Source: Octopus sinensis
Taxonomy: Eukaryota
Reading direction: 5' to 3'
Length of the DNA: 64,000 nucleotides
Assembly: GCF_006345805.1 (NCBI RefSeq)
Contig: NC_043006.1
Span: 24,428,001 to 24,492,000 of the forward strand
Shown here: piece by piece, positions 25,237 to 37,298 of the stretch
Layout: each line of letters begins with the position of its first letter
Numbering within the stretch: position 1 is the stretch's first letter
Notes under the pieces: model-generated
Told to the model about the DNA's origin: nothing
Databases searched by the model: none
What the model saw: only the letters and a program-made list of their open reading frames with translations
Program-made: the position numbers and the translations under genes

Positions 25237-28153
25237 TTGCATGCACATGAATACTTACACTTGAGTGCACATGCATTCTCACATGTGTTATATGTTTATT
25301 ATGTACTTCACGAGGGAGCAGGTTGCTCAACCTGTTAGTAATAGCAGCCAAATATCCCTCAAACTACATTCTATACTCTTAAAAAGAAAAACGCCAAAAT
25401 ATGTAAACTTAATAGACATTATGTCTGAAGAAAAATATAATGGAATGGCCTAGGTTAGATAGCCTTTGATCATAAGTTAACACAATTACAAAAAAACCTG
25501 TGGCTAAAATAACAAAAAATTGTTTTAACCTAAGTTTTGCAATAATAACTTTATAAATGGATACTTACTATTACTAATCATCAACTATTAATTCAAAAAT
25601 TATTTTTGTTTTTGATTGACACTCTTGATCAAGGCCATGCTCACTTCACCTTTCAGTATTCCAGAGTATTGACACCTATGAATCTACTGTACGATAAAAA
25701 GAAGTGCCCCAGTCCAATGTCTAAAACTAGGAAGAGAATGAAGGGAAAAATCAAAACTAGCCTTATATTTTAACAGGAACAAATAATCTGTTGTGGTGAC
25801 ATTAATGCTTTTTACAAAAACATTAGCAGTGGATTTTTGGTAGATTCAGTGGGAAATTACAAATAATTTGTCGATTCAGCTCACAAGAGCTTAGTTAAAA
25901 GTGCACACCATGCACATGTGACAATATTGATTGACACTAAAAAGATATAAAATAATAATGATAATAGTATTTGACTTCAGCATTACTTATGATAAAACCA
26001 AATGATATAGATAACTGACAATTAACTTTGACAAGCAAGATATTAAATACAACTTTGGAAAGGACCAACCTAATGATCAGAAAGCAGCATGGGTGATATT
26101 TATCAAAAAACTGCAGCAGGCTCCGACAGATTTTAGAATAAGGTAAAGGTATATTTGATATATTTCTATTTCTCCTTAAAAATTTTGATTCAACTAAAGG
26201 GCAAGGGAACAAATGTGTATATTGGTTTAAAATTTTCCCCAGCTCTTATATAATATTTTACTCTTTTCTCTGGGTTGCCTTATGAATACTTATTTACAAA
26301 AAATAAAGAATATTTATATAAACATAATTAATATAAGGAGTGTAGCAAGCTGCAGTTAAGTGTGAAGTGGGAAAGAATCCAGAATAAATCACTTAAAAAT
26401 TGATCATGACCAAAGATGAGAAAATACTTCTGTCTTATAATGAGTCATTATATAAATTAATGGTAATTACTAGTTTAATCTACTCAATTTGGAGTAGTTC
26501 TGTATCATCAATGTCTTTAGGCAAAGTTGCATGATGTCATCAATCCTTGTTTTTACAATAAACACTAATTTTTACACAGAATTGGCGGATATACAAAAAG
26601 GAATAACAAAAACAAAGGAATTTCAATATCTTGATTTTGATGATGACCCATTTCTTGTCTATAAAGATAGAGAAGATGTACACTTATAACTGAATATGAG
26701 ATTGAACAGGGATATGACTAAATGCCAATAAAAAAGCAAACGACAAGTCAGTGTCAGACTCCAGTAGTGTTTTGTTTTTTAGACTTTCAGCAGAATAGAG
26801 AAAAAGTTGCCATGAATAATTTTCTTTTATACTTAGCTTTCTGGGTAAGTTTCATAGAAATACACAAGAAGTTTATACTGGTTTAAGAAAACCATGAACT
26901 TTACAAATCTAGCCTGAATGCTCGGAAATCACTTAACTGTTGAAGACATCCAGGGGCTAGGTGTTGGAGTCAAGATCAATTCCTCTGACCCACTTCCACA
27001 ATTTTCATCTATCAAATTTCCCTCATAAAGTTTTAGTTGACCCAAAGGTATGATAGAAGACACCAAGATGCAAACATCAGAATTAAACTGTAGCCCCAAA
27101 ATATAAAGGTCAAAAAGTTTAATTTCCATCTAAAACTCAAATTCTGTGACTTAGATGAAGATTAATGGAGCATGAATAAAATCTATGAAAAGTGTTTTGA
27201 CAATATTTACAAGAAATGATAGAAAGGCTTTCATCGCAAATGAATAAATTTGATCAAGACCTGACCAACAATTATCATTTAACACCATTTGTACAAACAA
27301 CTACTATATAGTTGGGTCCCTGTCTCACAGATTTCAAAATATTTATTTTGTTTAAAGTCAGTTTTTCCAGGCTAGTATAATTTAGATGAGATAAAATTTA
27401 AGGCAGGATTTTTATGGCCAACTGAATTAAAAAAAGTTCCTTACCCACTTATCAAGAAAGGGACTCTTTATTCCAGAGGAATTCAAAAACAGAGAGTTGA
27501 TGGACACTTTATTAATAGGAAACAACAACTAGTGTCACAAACTGCAGTCCAACCATAACAAGTGACTTTACTATCCATAGCTGTAGTTCAGCAGTTTTGT
27601 AAACATTTTCACACACACACACACACACACATACTTCAGGTGCTTTTCAGTCTCTGCCTACCAAATTCCCTCACAAGACAGTGGTAGGCTTGAGGCTATA
27701 GCAGAAAACTCTTGCCCAAGGTGCCATACTGTGAAACTGAACCCAAAGCTATGTGGATGAGAAGTGAACTTCTCAATTGCTCAACTGTACCTGCACCTAA
27801 AGCAGCAGAAGGGAGGAAGAATGGTAATATCCTTGACCTTTGCAAAATCAAGTTGTCTTATTGGATGCTTCAGAGTGTCTTCAGAATGAACTGGATGTAA
27901 AAAAAAAGTGTTACATTGCTGAATGTCCACTAAAAAACTTTTTCAGGTGTTTTTAAACAAAGTAAGATGGTCACTGGTGATTGATTTAGAAATCTCATGT
28001 TATAAATGTAGTCAATATAAAACATGAAAGACACTACTGGGATGCCAAGGTAAGCAATCATTAAACAAAATCATCATCATGTAAGAAATAAAACTTGAAA
28101 ACAAACCTATTACTTAGACTATTTGGCACTGTATGTCCCAGTTGCATATTTAA

Positions 28154-28372
28154 CTCTTTAGCATTCAGATTATTCTGTCAAATGTAATGCTTATTTATTC
28201 ACATTGTTTTGAATTAATCATGAATTATCTCAAGTTTTGAAATTTTGATGACGTGATTGTATATTCTTAGTATGACATTGTAAGGTAGGCGTGAGAAACC
28301 AGACCTGGCTGGTTTGGACATAAAACAAGTAAAATATTTGGGCCGGATATGGCCGGTTCAAATGTTAAAAGG
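28154..28372. mobile_element. piggyBac-type MITE
   Basis: TTAA|CTCTTTAGCATT ... AATGTTAAAAGG|TTAT: imperfect 12-bp TIRs flanked by TTAA-like target sites; no ORF. Confidence 0.6.
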
Positions 28373-30094
28373 TTATGGGTAAGACCTTAATTTGAGGCAT
28401 TTAACATTAACTACAAGAATACAAGAAACAGTTGAGAGCTAAGACCATAGCTTCAACATAGGGATTTTTCAGGTGAAGTGTTAGTAGAAATAGGACAAAC
28501 TTTCTCGCAGGATGTATGATTCACCTATAATAACAGTAACACAGGGATAATTTACCTTTCCAGTAATGTACATATTCCACTGCAAATGTCATTATGAAAA
28601 TTAAACCCTAACTAAAAAAAAGGACCCCTCAGCTGAATATATGAAGAAAGGTTACTTGTTGTTTTTAAAACAATAAGTTTCTAGTTCAAAAACAGTCAAT
28701 AGACAAGAGTCTGGTCATTTTCACTGTGGACAATGAATAGAGAAAAGAGAGCAGACTATTATGAAATTTGCTACAAAAAGAAAAAGATGTATATAGAAGC
28801 AGGATTCAATTATGTCAATCTCATACTACAAAATACAAAATTTCTTACCTAAAACGATGAGGCGCTCAATAGTGAAGAAATCTAAACTATGATGGAGCTC
28901 TACAAACCCTTGTAATATAGATCAAGTTATTCAGTTTTGAAACTTAATAGAACTGTAATGGAATTAAATGTATGACTTAAATATTTAATGATGCATATAA
29001 CTAATACTAACAAACTGATTCTTAATAATAATTATTGATATAATTGATTCAATGGTATAAAATATATAAGCGAAGGAAAAAAAACTAATCAATATTCTCT
29101 AAGCGTAGCATGTATTAGATGTGAAAACAGGACATATTTTTAAAGAAGACAATATATTTAGTGAATAATGTTAGTTAATGAGTGAGATGTTTTACAATAC
29201 AACACTGATAGATATATATGATTGAACCAATCAATTAATACAATGCTGAAATATTATACATGCTCAGGAGGCACTGAATGCTTAATTTCTTTGGAGTTGA
29301 ATAGCAATATTGGGAAGGTGGTAGGAGTGGGGACAAAAACCTGAAATACTTAGGAAATATCAACATAATTCAGAAATATACAGACTATTAATATAAGTTA
29401 AATTTAAAGACAGAATTATGTTTTACATTTGTCTATGTTAACTCTTTTCTTACCATTTTGTTTCTGTTCATTTGGAAAATAATGAAGAATTTCATAAAAT
29501 AATTTTGTTCTTATTAATCTAGTAATAGGAACATTAATTAACAAAAAAATTTCACGAAAGTTTTGAATGTAGATCAGTTTAAATCAGGAAGTTTGTGTCA
29601 TTGAGTCAGGAGTGATCTAACATGGGTTAGTATCAAAAAGGTTAACATGATAGCAAAAGTTGAAAGGATCATCTACATTTGCTTGACATGTGCAGAAAGT
29701 ATTTTTATGATCTCATTCATGTTACTAAAAGAAAATAAAAGCTGCATAAGTTCTCAAGGGTTTCAAAGAATTTACATGAATCCAATTTTGTACAGGAGTA
29801 TAATTTTCATACTATTTGCCAGTTACAAAAAAATGTTTCCACACAAAATTCAAATCTAGTCAATAGCTCTTGTCAGGATTTTGAAGATTTTGTCCAGCTT
29901 CACTACTACTAATGAACTTTGAAGTTACTTCCTGTAATTATTAGTAAATGTTATTAGCAATAAGATGTATGGAATAAAAGAGACATGGATATCAATGGAT
30001 ATCATCATAGAGTATGTGTGGTGGTGACGGTGGAATGGAACAGACCTGAAAAGTTTTGAATAATTTTTGGTAAAAAAACTTTTGGTAAAAAGCA

Positions 30095-30500
30095 CCCTTC
30101 AATTGTTGGGTGATATGCTGTGCTTGTGAAGACATGTCAAGCCAAGTGAAATCATAGTCATGGCCAATGCTAGTGCCATCTGACAGGCGCCTATACTGGT
30201 GGCACGTAAAAGGAACCACTCAAGCATTGGGCATTCATGGGGGCAGTGACAGGTGGTCGAGATCTTTGGCAATATACCGTGCTTGTGTAGACCTGTCAAG
30301 CCAAGTGAGATCATAGTCATGGCTGATGCTGGTATCACATCGGTAGCACCCATGCCGGTGGCATGTAAAAAGCATCTACTACACTCTCGGAGTGGTTGGC
30401 ATTAGGAAGGGCATCAAGCTGTAGAAACATTGCTAAATCGGATTGCAGCCTGGTGCAGCTTCCTGGCTTACTAGTTTTCAGTCAAACGATGATGATGACA
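30095..30500 (+). mobile_element. (GAT)n-tailed SINE-like repeat with an internal duplication
   Basis: gtgcttgt..gac.tgtcaagccaagtga.atcatagtcatggc occurs twice (about 30121 and 30280); tail caaacgatgatgatg. Confidence 0.75.
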
Positions 30501-31256
30501 ATGATACAATGTTGTATGTTGAAAAAAACTCTACAGGTTAGAAATAGTTTATTTATCTATCTAGCTAGCTAAAGAGAGAGAGAGAATAAATCATTCAAGT
30601 TTAGCATTATAATACATATTCACATACCTGCAGGCTTAAACCATTGAAAATAGCTTGAATGGTAATTTGATAAATGTATAAAAATTGGAAATATTTATGG
30701 TGTGTAACATGTAAAAGAATAGACAATGTACTTTTATTCTTTAACAAAGATTCTTCCAACTGACTAGAAGCAAGGTTTCTTTACAAGCCCATATTGTCTT
30801 TAAGAAACAGTCTCCAATAAGTGGTATGCATTAATTAATAAAACACATAATACTATTGTTGCTCTGTAACAATCACTTGAGTCTCTCTCCATTTGACATC
30901 AAGGACTCAACAAACACACACACACAACCATTTTCAGCACTCATTCAAATTAATTTTAAAAAAACAAGTGTATTCATCTCATAATCAATTTCTCCTGTTC
31001 CAATTGAATTGATCACATGTAAGCCTCAAGCTTATAATAACCTTTCATCAGCCATCAAATGTAAATTCTGGAATCTAATTTAGTTGAAATCATGCCCACC
31101 ACCTCAACAGTAGAGTCACTCTAAACTGACATGGATACAAGTGAGTACTAAACTCAATCCAGTTGAGGTCAGAACAGAAACTACTTTTAGACAGTAGAAT
31201 GTGCCAAACTAAATTATGAAAAATATAACCTAAGCTGGAGAGGTAAACAATGCATA

Positions 31257-31643
31257 TACTCTTTTACTCGTTTCAGTCATTTGATTGCGGCTATGCTGGA
31301 GCACCGCCTTTAGTCGAGCAAATCGACCCCGGGACTTATTCTTTGTAAGCCCAGTACTTATTTTATCGGTCTCTTTTGCCGAACCGCTAATTGACGGGGA
31401 CATAAACACACCAGCATCGGTTATCAAGCAATGCTAGGGGGACAAACACACACACACAAACACACACATATACATATATACAACAGGCTTCTTTCAGTTT
31501 CCGTCTACCAAATCCACTCACAAGGCATTGGTCGGCCCGGGGCTATAGCAGAAGACACTTGCCCAAGATGCCACGCAGTGGGACTGAACCCGGAACCATG
31601 TGGTTGGTTAGCAAGCTACTTACCACACAGCCACTCCTGCACC
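31257..31643 (-). mobile_element. Full-length SINE family A
   Basis: Reverse complement aligns end to end with 56291-56707. Confidence 0.9.
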
Positions 31644-32279
31644 TGTTTATCTTTTATTTTTTTACAGTCATTGAGATGCAGTCACACTGGGACACAGCTT
31701 AATTGAAAAAAATGACCCAAGTATTTATTTTTTTAAAAATCTGATACTTTATTCTAATGGTACTTTTTACTGAATCATTAAGATACAGAAATATAAACAA
31801 ACCAAAACTGGTTATCAAGTGGCAAAGGCGACAAATGCAAACAAAAAAGACACATTTAGATATATGACAAACTTCTGCTGAGTTTCTGCCCACTAAATTG
31901 GTCAGCCAAGGGCTATAGTAGAAAACATGCCACACACTGGAATTGAACATGAAACCTATGTGGTTGCAAAGTGAGCTTCTTAAACACAAAAACCATGTCT
32001 GTGCCCATAAAGAGATTACAAAAACAAAATTGAATTACAGGAAATGGGGAAGGACAAGAAAAATACAAGTGTATAGAGGCATTGTAACTAAAGTAAAAAT
32101 TGGACAGATAGAATGGGAGCTGACAGGTTGCCAAAGTTGCGATAACAGTTCAAAGAGGTCAAATAAAGAAGTCACTTTTAGGACATAGTAAAAAGGCTAC
32201 AAATGGATACTGACTGAAAGAAAGTATCATAGTTGGGACAATAACTGCCAAGACTACCCACTTAGGACAGTAGCTGTAA

Positions 32280-32319
32280 AGTCATGCCATGTGGTACGAC
32301 TGTACCACATGGCATGACT
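32280..32319. repeat. Perfect 18-bp inverted repeat with 4-nt loop
   Basis: AGTCATGCCATGTGGTAC-GACT-GTACCACATGGCATGACT. Confidence 0.95.
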
Positions 32320-32505
32320 CGCATAGTTGAGACAGTAGTTGTAAGGACATACCAGTTGGGACAACGAATGTATGGACATACCAACATTTCTTACCTTTGT
32401 ATCATCCTGTATTTGTACGAGAAGTGCCCAGTTTAAACTTTACACCTACAATCTAAAACCTAGCACCAAATATATTTTAGCCCAGTCTAATGTTCAATGG
32501 TTACC

Positions 32506-32543
<38 letters not shown>

Positions 32544-33387
32544 CATTTAGCAAGCATGGCAGAATAGTTAAGAAGTATATTTTGCAATCATGAAGTATTC
32601 AATGCAAGACACCTTCAACAATTTTTTTTTAACAATAATCTTAGCTAACATTAAAGGTATATGGAAATAGTTACATTTACAATTCAATGAGTAGATAGTT
32701 CCTTTGATTGAAAGAGTGGGTGATTTATCATCAAAACTGACAAAGATCTGTTTATTTTACTTTATAATTAACAGTGAGAAAAACAAGATGGTATTATAGG
32801 AATTTTCTTTTTAGGGCATAGATCTTATTTTCTTTAGATGTTCAAAATATTGATATTAACTATAGGTATAAATGTCTGAAATTAACCTATGTCAACCCCA
32901 AACATTTGACTGGTGCTTTATTGACCTGTGGAAAGCTGAAGACAAAATATTAAACACTGTACTGTTTAATACACTACTTTGAGGAAAGATACATCATTTT
33001 CCATAGGCAAAAAATAAATACATGAATAAATAACAATTAAAATCATAATATAGTCTGTTTCTTAATGCTGAGTATCAGAAAATTCAATAAAAGAAAGTTA
33101 TGATTCTAAAGAGTCACAGATTAATGCAAGATCTTAGGTTACTGATACTTTAACTTTAGTTAAATACACACTTTTTTTAGCAACTTTTTCTTTGCTAAAC
33201 TGGCAAAATGACCATTCCTAAATACAACAATAACTTTTTCTTTGTTTTGTATAAAGAATAATGCTATATTTTCTTAAAGTTCTTTAAAGCAACAAGTTTT
33301 ATAAAAAAGAAAATTTACTCTAACAGCATAAAATAGTCTAATAACAGAGAAGAAATACAGGGTGCACAGAAGTAATGCCCTTTTTAC

Positions 33388-33667
33388 ATTGTAGCCAGCC
33401 TCGTCTGGCCCCCATGCCGGTGGCACGTTAAAAGCACCATCCAATCATGGCCATTTGCCAGCCTCGTCTGGCACCTGTGCAGGTGGCACGTAAAAAGCAC
33501 CCACTACACTCACGGAGTGGTTGGCATTAGGAAGGGCGTCCAGCTGTAGAAACACTGCCAGATCAGACTGGGACTGGCACAGCCTTCTGGCTTCCCAGAC
33601 CCCAGTTGAACCGTCCAACTCATGCTACCATGGAAAACGGACGTTAAACGATGATGATGATGATGAT
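33388..33667 (+). mobile_element. (GAT)n-tailed SINE-like repeat
   Basis: Same body and tail as the copies at 11265 and 21297. Confidence 0.85.
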
Positions 33668-34039
33668 ATATAGTATACTAGACTTACTACCCAGCCTTGC
33701 CCAGTAAAAGTATTCATGGGATTGTTTGCCAGTTTGTAGAATGGGAATATATTGTACTTCTGGACTTATTAAATTCGAACTATGCAAACAATAGTAATCG
33801 TCTTATACGAGTAGAGGTTTTGGCACTACTTAAATACAGAGGTCCCAAACAGTGCACACTCGTTAGGGTTACGTTCCCTTTATATTGTTATGTAGATGTG
33901 TCAGGACCTCTGTATTTAAGTAGCACCGAAGCATTTTTTTTTTATCAACTTTTATCCTGAAAATTACCTTACTTTTGTTTTAAAATGAAAGAGAGGAGAA
34001 AGTGAAAGATGTATGAACATGTATATGAAATGGACATGT

Positions 34040-34070
<31 letters not shown>

Positions 34071-34134
34071 CGAGAGAGAGAGAGAGAGCTACACATACAT
34101 GTGAACACACACGTTCACTCACTCACACATTCCT

Positions 34135-34165
<31 letters not shown>

Positions 34166-34779
34166 AATATATACAAAAAGGATGTACGCATATGTACATC
34201 TTTGTCAACGGATGTTGGCTCTGTCCATTATTGGAGCTGTGCTCCTTTTGTATGTTTGTGCGCATGTATGTGTGTCAGTGTGCATATGTGTTTGTGTATA
34301 TATGTGTGTATTTGTGTGTGTACTTGTCTCCTTGTGAGTGCATGTTTGAGAGTCTACATGTATGAGTTTGTGTGACTGTGTACATGTGTCTGTTATGTAT
34401 GGGTATGTATCTCCATGTCTTTGTGTGTATGTGTATGTGTGTATATGGTCATGTGTTTCTGTCTCTTTTTGTGTATGTGCTTGTCTGTCTATATTGCCTA
34501 TGTACCTATTAATCTACTTACCTATGTATCCATCTGTTTACCTATATATCCATTTACCTACACATATATATAAATTTGTCTACTTAACATCCTACTAGCA
34601 AATGTACCTATGTACGTATATTATGTGGGTATTGGGGTACTACTACTTTCTATGTGTATTTCCTATTTAGTACAGGGTATATTTCATTTACGAGGATGTA
34701 CTCCTGTATTTGTTTGAGTGATGGGTCCTTCAGGTGTATGGATATCTACATTTTATCCAAGCACTCAAAGGACCCAGCA

Positions 34780-34872
34780 GAGGTAAGAGCTCTCTGAACT
34801 TTGCCCAGGCTATTCTTATTCTAGCAGCTATACTTTCAGCGCACCCTTCCCCGCTACTGACTTGGTCACCTA
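34780..34872 (-). mobile_element. RTE LINE fragment
   Basis: [34 protein letters not shown]. Confidence 0.85.
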
Positions 34873-34928
34873 GGTATACATATATACATGTATGTATGTA
34901 TGTATGTATGTATGTATGTATGTATGTA

Positions 34929-34996
<68 letters not shown>

Positions 34997-35040
34997 TATA
35001 CATGTGTGTGTATATATATAGATATATACACACGCACATA

Positions 35041-35655
35041 TATACTAGCTGAGGTACCCAGTAAAAAATTACTGTTAATAAGATGTCTGTTTATAGCCAT
35101 GAAACATTTATCATCAAATTTTGGTATTTTTCAAAAATTTAAAATCTATAGGACCCATTTGATGAAAAAATGAACAGAGTCTGGAAGCGAGCCCGTGTCA
35201 TTGTCATTTTTGTGCGTAAAATGGCGAAATTTTACACTTTGAGGCAGATTTCATCAAATTGATGTCAAGCTGGCTAGTGTGCAAAATTGCTTGAGAAATA
35301 AAATGGTCCAACCTAATCAAAACCTGAAATGCTGGGGAATTAAAACAACAAATGAGTTTTAGCAAATCAATATAATTTGCACTGAAATGCAGAATTAGCA
35401 AATGCTAAATAGATTGCCACTAATAAGCTGTCTGTTTATACTCATGAAACATTTTTTGTCAAATTAAATTTTATGGTTTTTGAAAAATTGATGCCGATTA
35501 AAAATTGATTTTTAAAAATTCCAAGTATGTAAGTGAATGCATAGGCATAAGCCTCACACACGTCAAGTTTCATCAAGGCCTGTTGGAGAGTCTCATAGGA
35601 GTTTAAGTAACAAATTCACAAACACACAAACTTGCTATTTATCATTATATATATG
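35041..35655. mobile_element. Non-autonomous Helitron/Helentron-like repeat (tentative)
   Basis: Starts tatactagc, contains internal repeats (catgaaacattt..tcaaatt), and ends acaaacacacaaac...tattatatat, the layout I recall for DINE/HINE-type elements. No coding evidence. Confidence 0.35.
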
Positions 35656-35946
35656 AACACTTATATTTATAAGTACACACACACACACACACAGATGCAC
35701 ACACATTTAAAACATATAGGGTAGCGAGTTTTTTTTTTAGAAATTTCACTACCAGTGGCCTAGCATGTATAAAAAGTCAATAGACAACATATTCTCAATA
35801 TAAAATAGTGTCCATTTAAACACAAGAGAAGCGACCTGTAACAGACAGCTTTACACGCTAGAAGAAGCAATCAAAACAACCAAAACCACATTTAAAAGCA
35901 ATTTTGAAGGGGATGAAAAATACAAACTTTTACCTTATTTTTTTAC

Positions 35947-36017
35947 AGTCATACCTAGGTTTCGAATTTTATTTAGCAAATGAAATAATTTGCTAGGCGA
36001 AATTCTCATCAGTGACC
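35947..36017 (-). ncRNA. Apparently intact type I hammerhead ribozyme
   Basis: Minus strand GGTCA-CTGATGA-GAATTT(cgcc TAGCAAAT tatttc ATTTGCTA aata)AAATTC-GAA-ACCTAGGT-A-TGACT: stem I GGTCA/TGACT, canonical core, 6-bp stem II plus an 8-bp inner helix, palindromic stem III, GUA cleavage site (cut between 35952 and 35951). Confidence 0.85.
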
Positions 36018-36195
36018 ACACCATAACATTAACATATAATTTAGAGACAACACGTGTTTCATCATTATATATTATAATATATAATGATAGGACATGTGTT
36101 ATTTGTCCCTAAATTATATGTTAATGTTATGGCGCGGTCACTGATGAGAATTTTGCCTAGCAAATTATTTTATTTGCTAAATAAAATTCGAAACC
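35958..36195. repeat. About 238-bp spacer-free palindrome (fold-back element) with a hammerhead motif in each arm
   Basis: Centre ATCATTATATATTA|TAATATATAATGAT at 36074/36075. The arms match with few mismatches out to GGTTTC (35958) and GAAACC (36195). Confidence 0.92.
36136..36195 (+). ncRNA. Truncated hammerhead copy (lacks the cleavage-site strand)
   Basis: GGTCA-CTGATGA-GAATTTT...AAAATTC-GAAACC, after which the homology stops; no GUH or stem I 3' strand. Confidence 0.75.
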
Positions 36196-36319
36196 ATTCT
36201 AACATTCACATGTCTTCTGCATTCAGGGCCCATATCTCACAACCATGTAGAATTGCTGTTCATATACATACATCATACAATCTTCCTTTCAGTCAGAGAA
36301 ACTTTTAGTAGTCAACAGA

Positions 36320-36430
36320 GGCAAAATGCTCTCTGAATTTCCTCCATCCTATTCTTATTAGCTATCACACTCTCTGTGCATCCTCCCTCACTACTAATTT
36401 GGTCCTCTAGGTAGCAGAAATTATCACAGT
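36320..36430 (-). mobile_element. RTE LINE fragment
   Basis: DNFCYLEDQISSEGGCTESVIA. Confidence 0.7.
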
Positions 36431-37250
36431 ACCAGCAATCATAACCTGTAAATACTAAAACAGAAAAAGAATAGGATAAATCAAACAGAGAAAGTGGTCA
36501 ACACACTTATAGGAAGACAGTATTGACATAAACAAATAAATGTGTTTAGTAGACTAAAGAAAATAGTTTAAGCAATAATCAGTGTCAACAGAAATTTATA
36601 AATTTATATTAGTTAAATATCAAAATCTAGAAAGCGATCAATACCATAGCTGTAATGAAGTTACAAGTTGAAAGGCCAGAATGAATAGAGAAGGAAAAAC
36701 AGAACTAATATTCCTGATCAAAAAAAAAAAAAAAAAAGAGAGAGAGAGAGAGAGAGATATGAAAAACCATGAATCCCAAAATTTCTATTAAGCAATACAT
36801 TATTATTGAGAATAAAGTAAATCAATGAAAATCCTATAGGTTCAGTAGATAGTGGATATCACTATTGTTATAATTTAAAATTATGAGAAGTATCAAAAGA
36901 ATGTTTAAAAAATTCATAAGAATTATAAAGAATCATAAAGGCCATAAGTGTTAAGATTATAACAAATTATAAAGGTCATAACTAAGGAGGCTGAAGCAAA
37001 TATAAAGAAACTACCTAAAGTTAGAACAAATTGAATAAAGTTATAGTAATATCTAGCATTCAAAGAAGACTATAAAATTGGTTTTAAAGTATACTCTACG
37101 GATAGAATGCAGTCATTTGATCCTTACTTCATCAGATCTATCAATTACATAATCTGTGCATTTTAAGATTGCCAACAATTCTGAAGAACATAGATTGTAA
37201 TCATATCTATCACTAAAATAAGGCTTAGTGTGTTTGGTGATATTCCATAA

Positions 37251-37298
37251 TTTATGAACTTGCTTTATCTCACCTTTATGAACTTGCTTTATCTCACC
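37251..37298. repeat. Perfect 24-bp direct tandem duplication
   Basis: (tttatgaacttgctttatctcacc) x2. Confidence 0.9.

Noticed and set aside
26783-26844. Plus-strand 62-nt exon-like segment (ttttttag|...TGG|gtaagt)
   Set aside because: No partner exons or recognisable peptide on that strand; such signals are expected by chance in 64 kb of AT-rich DNA.
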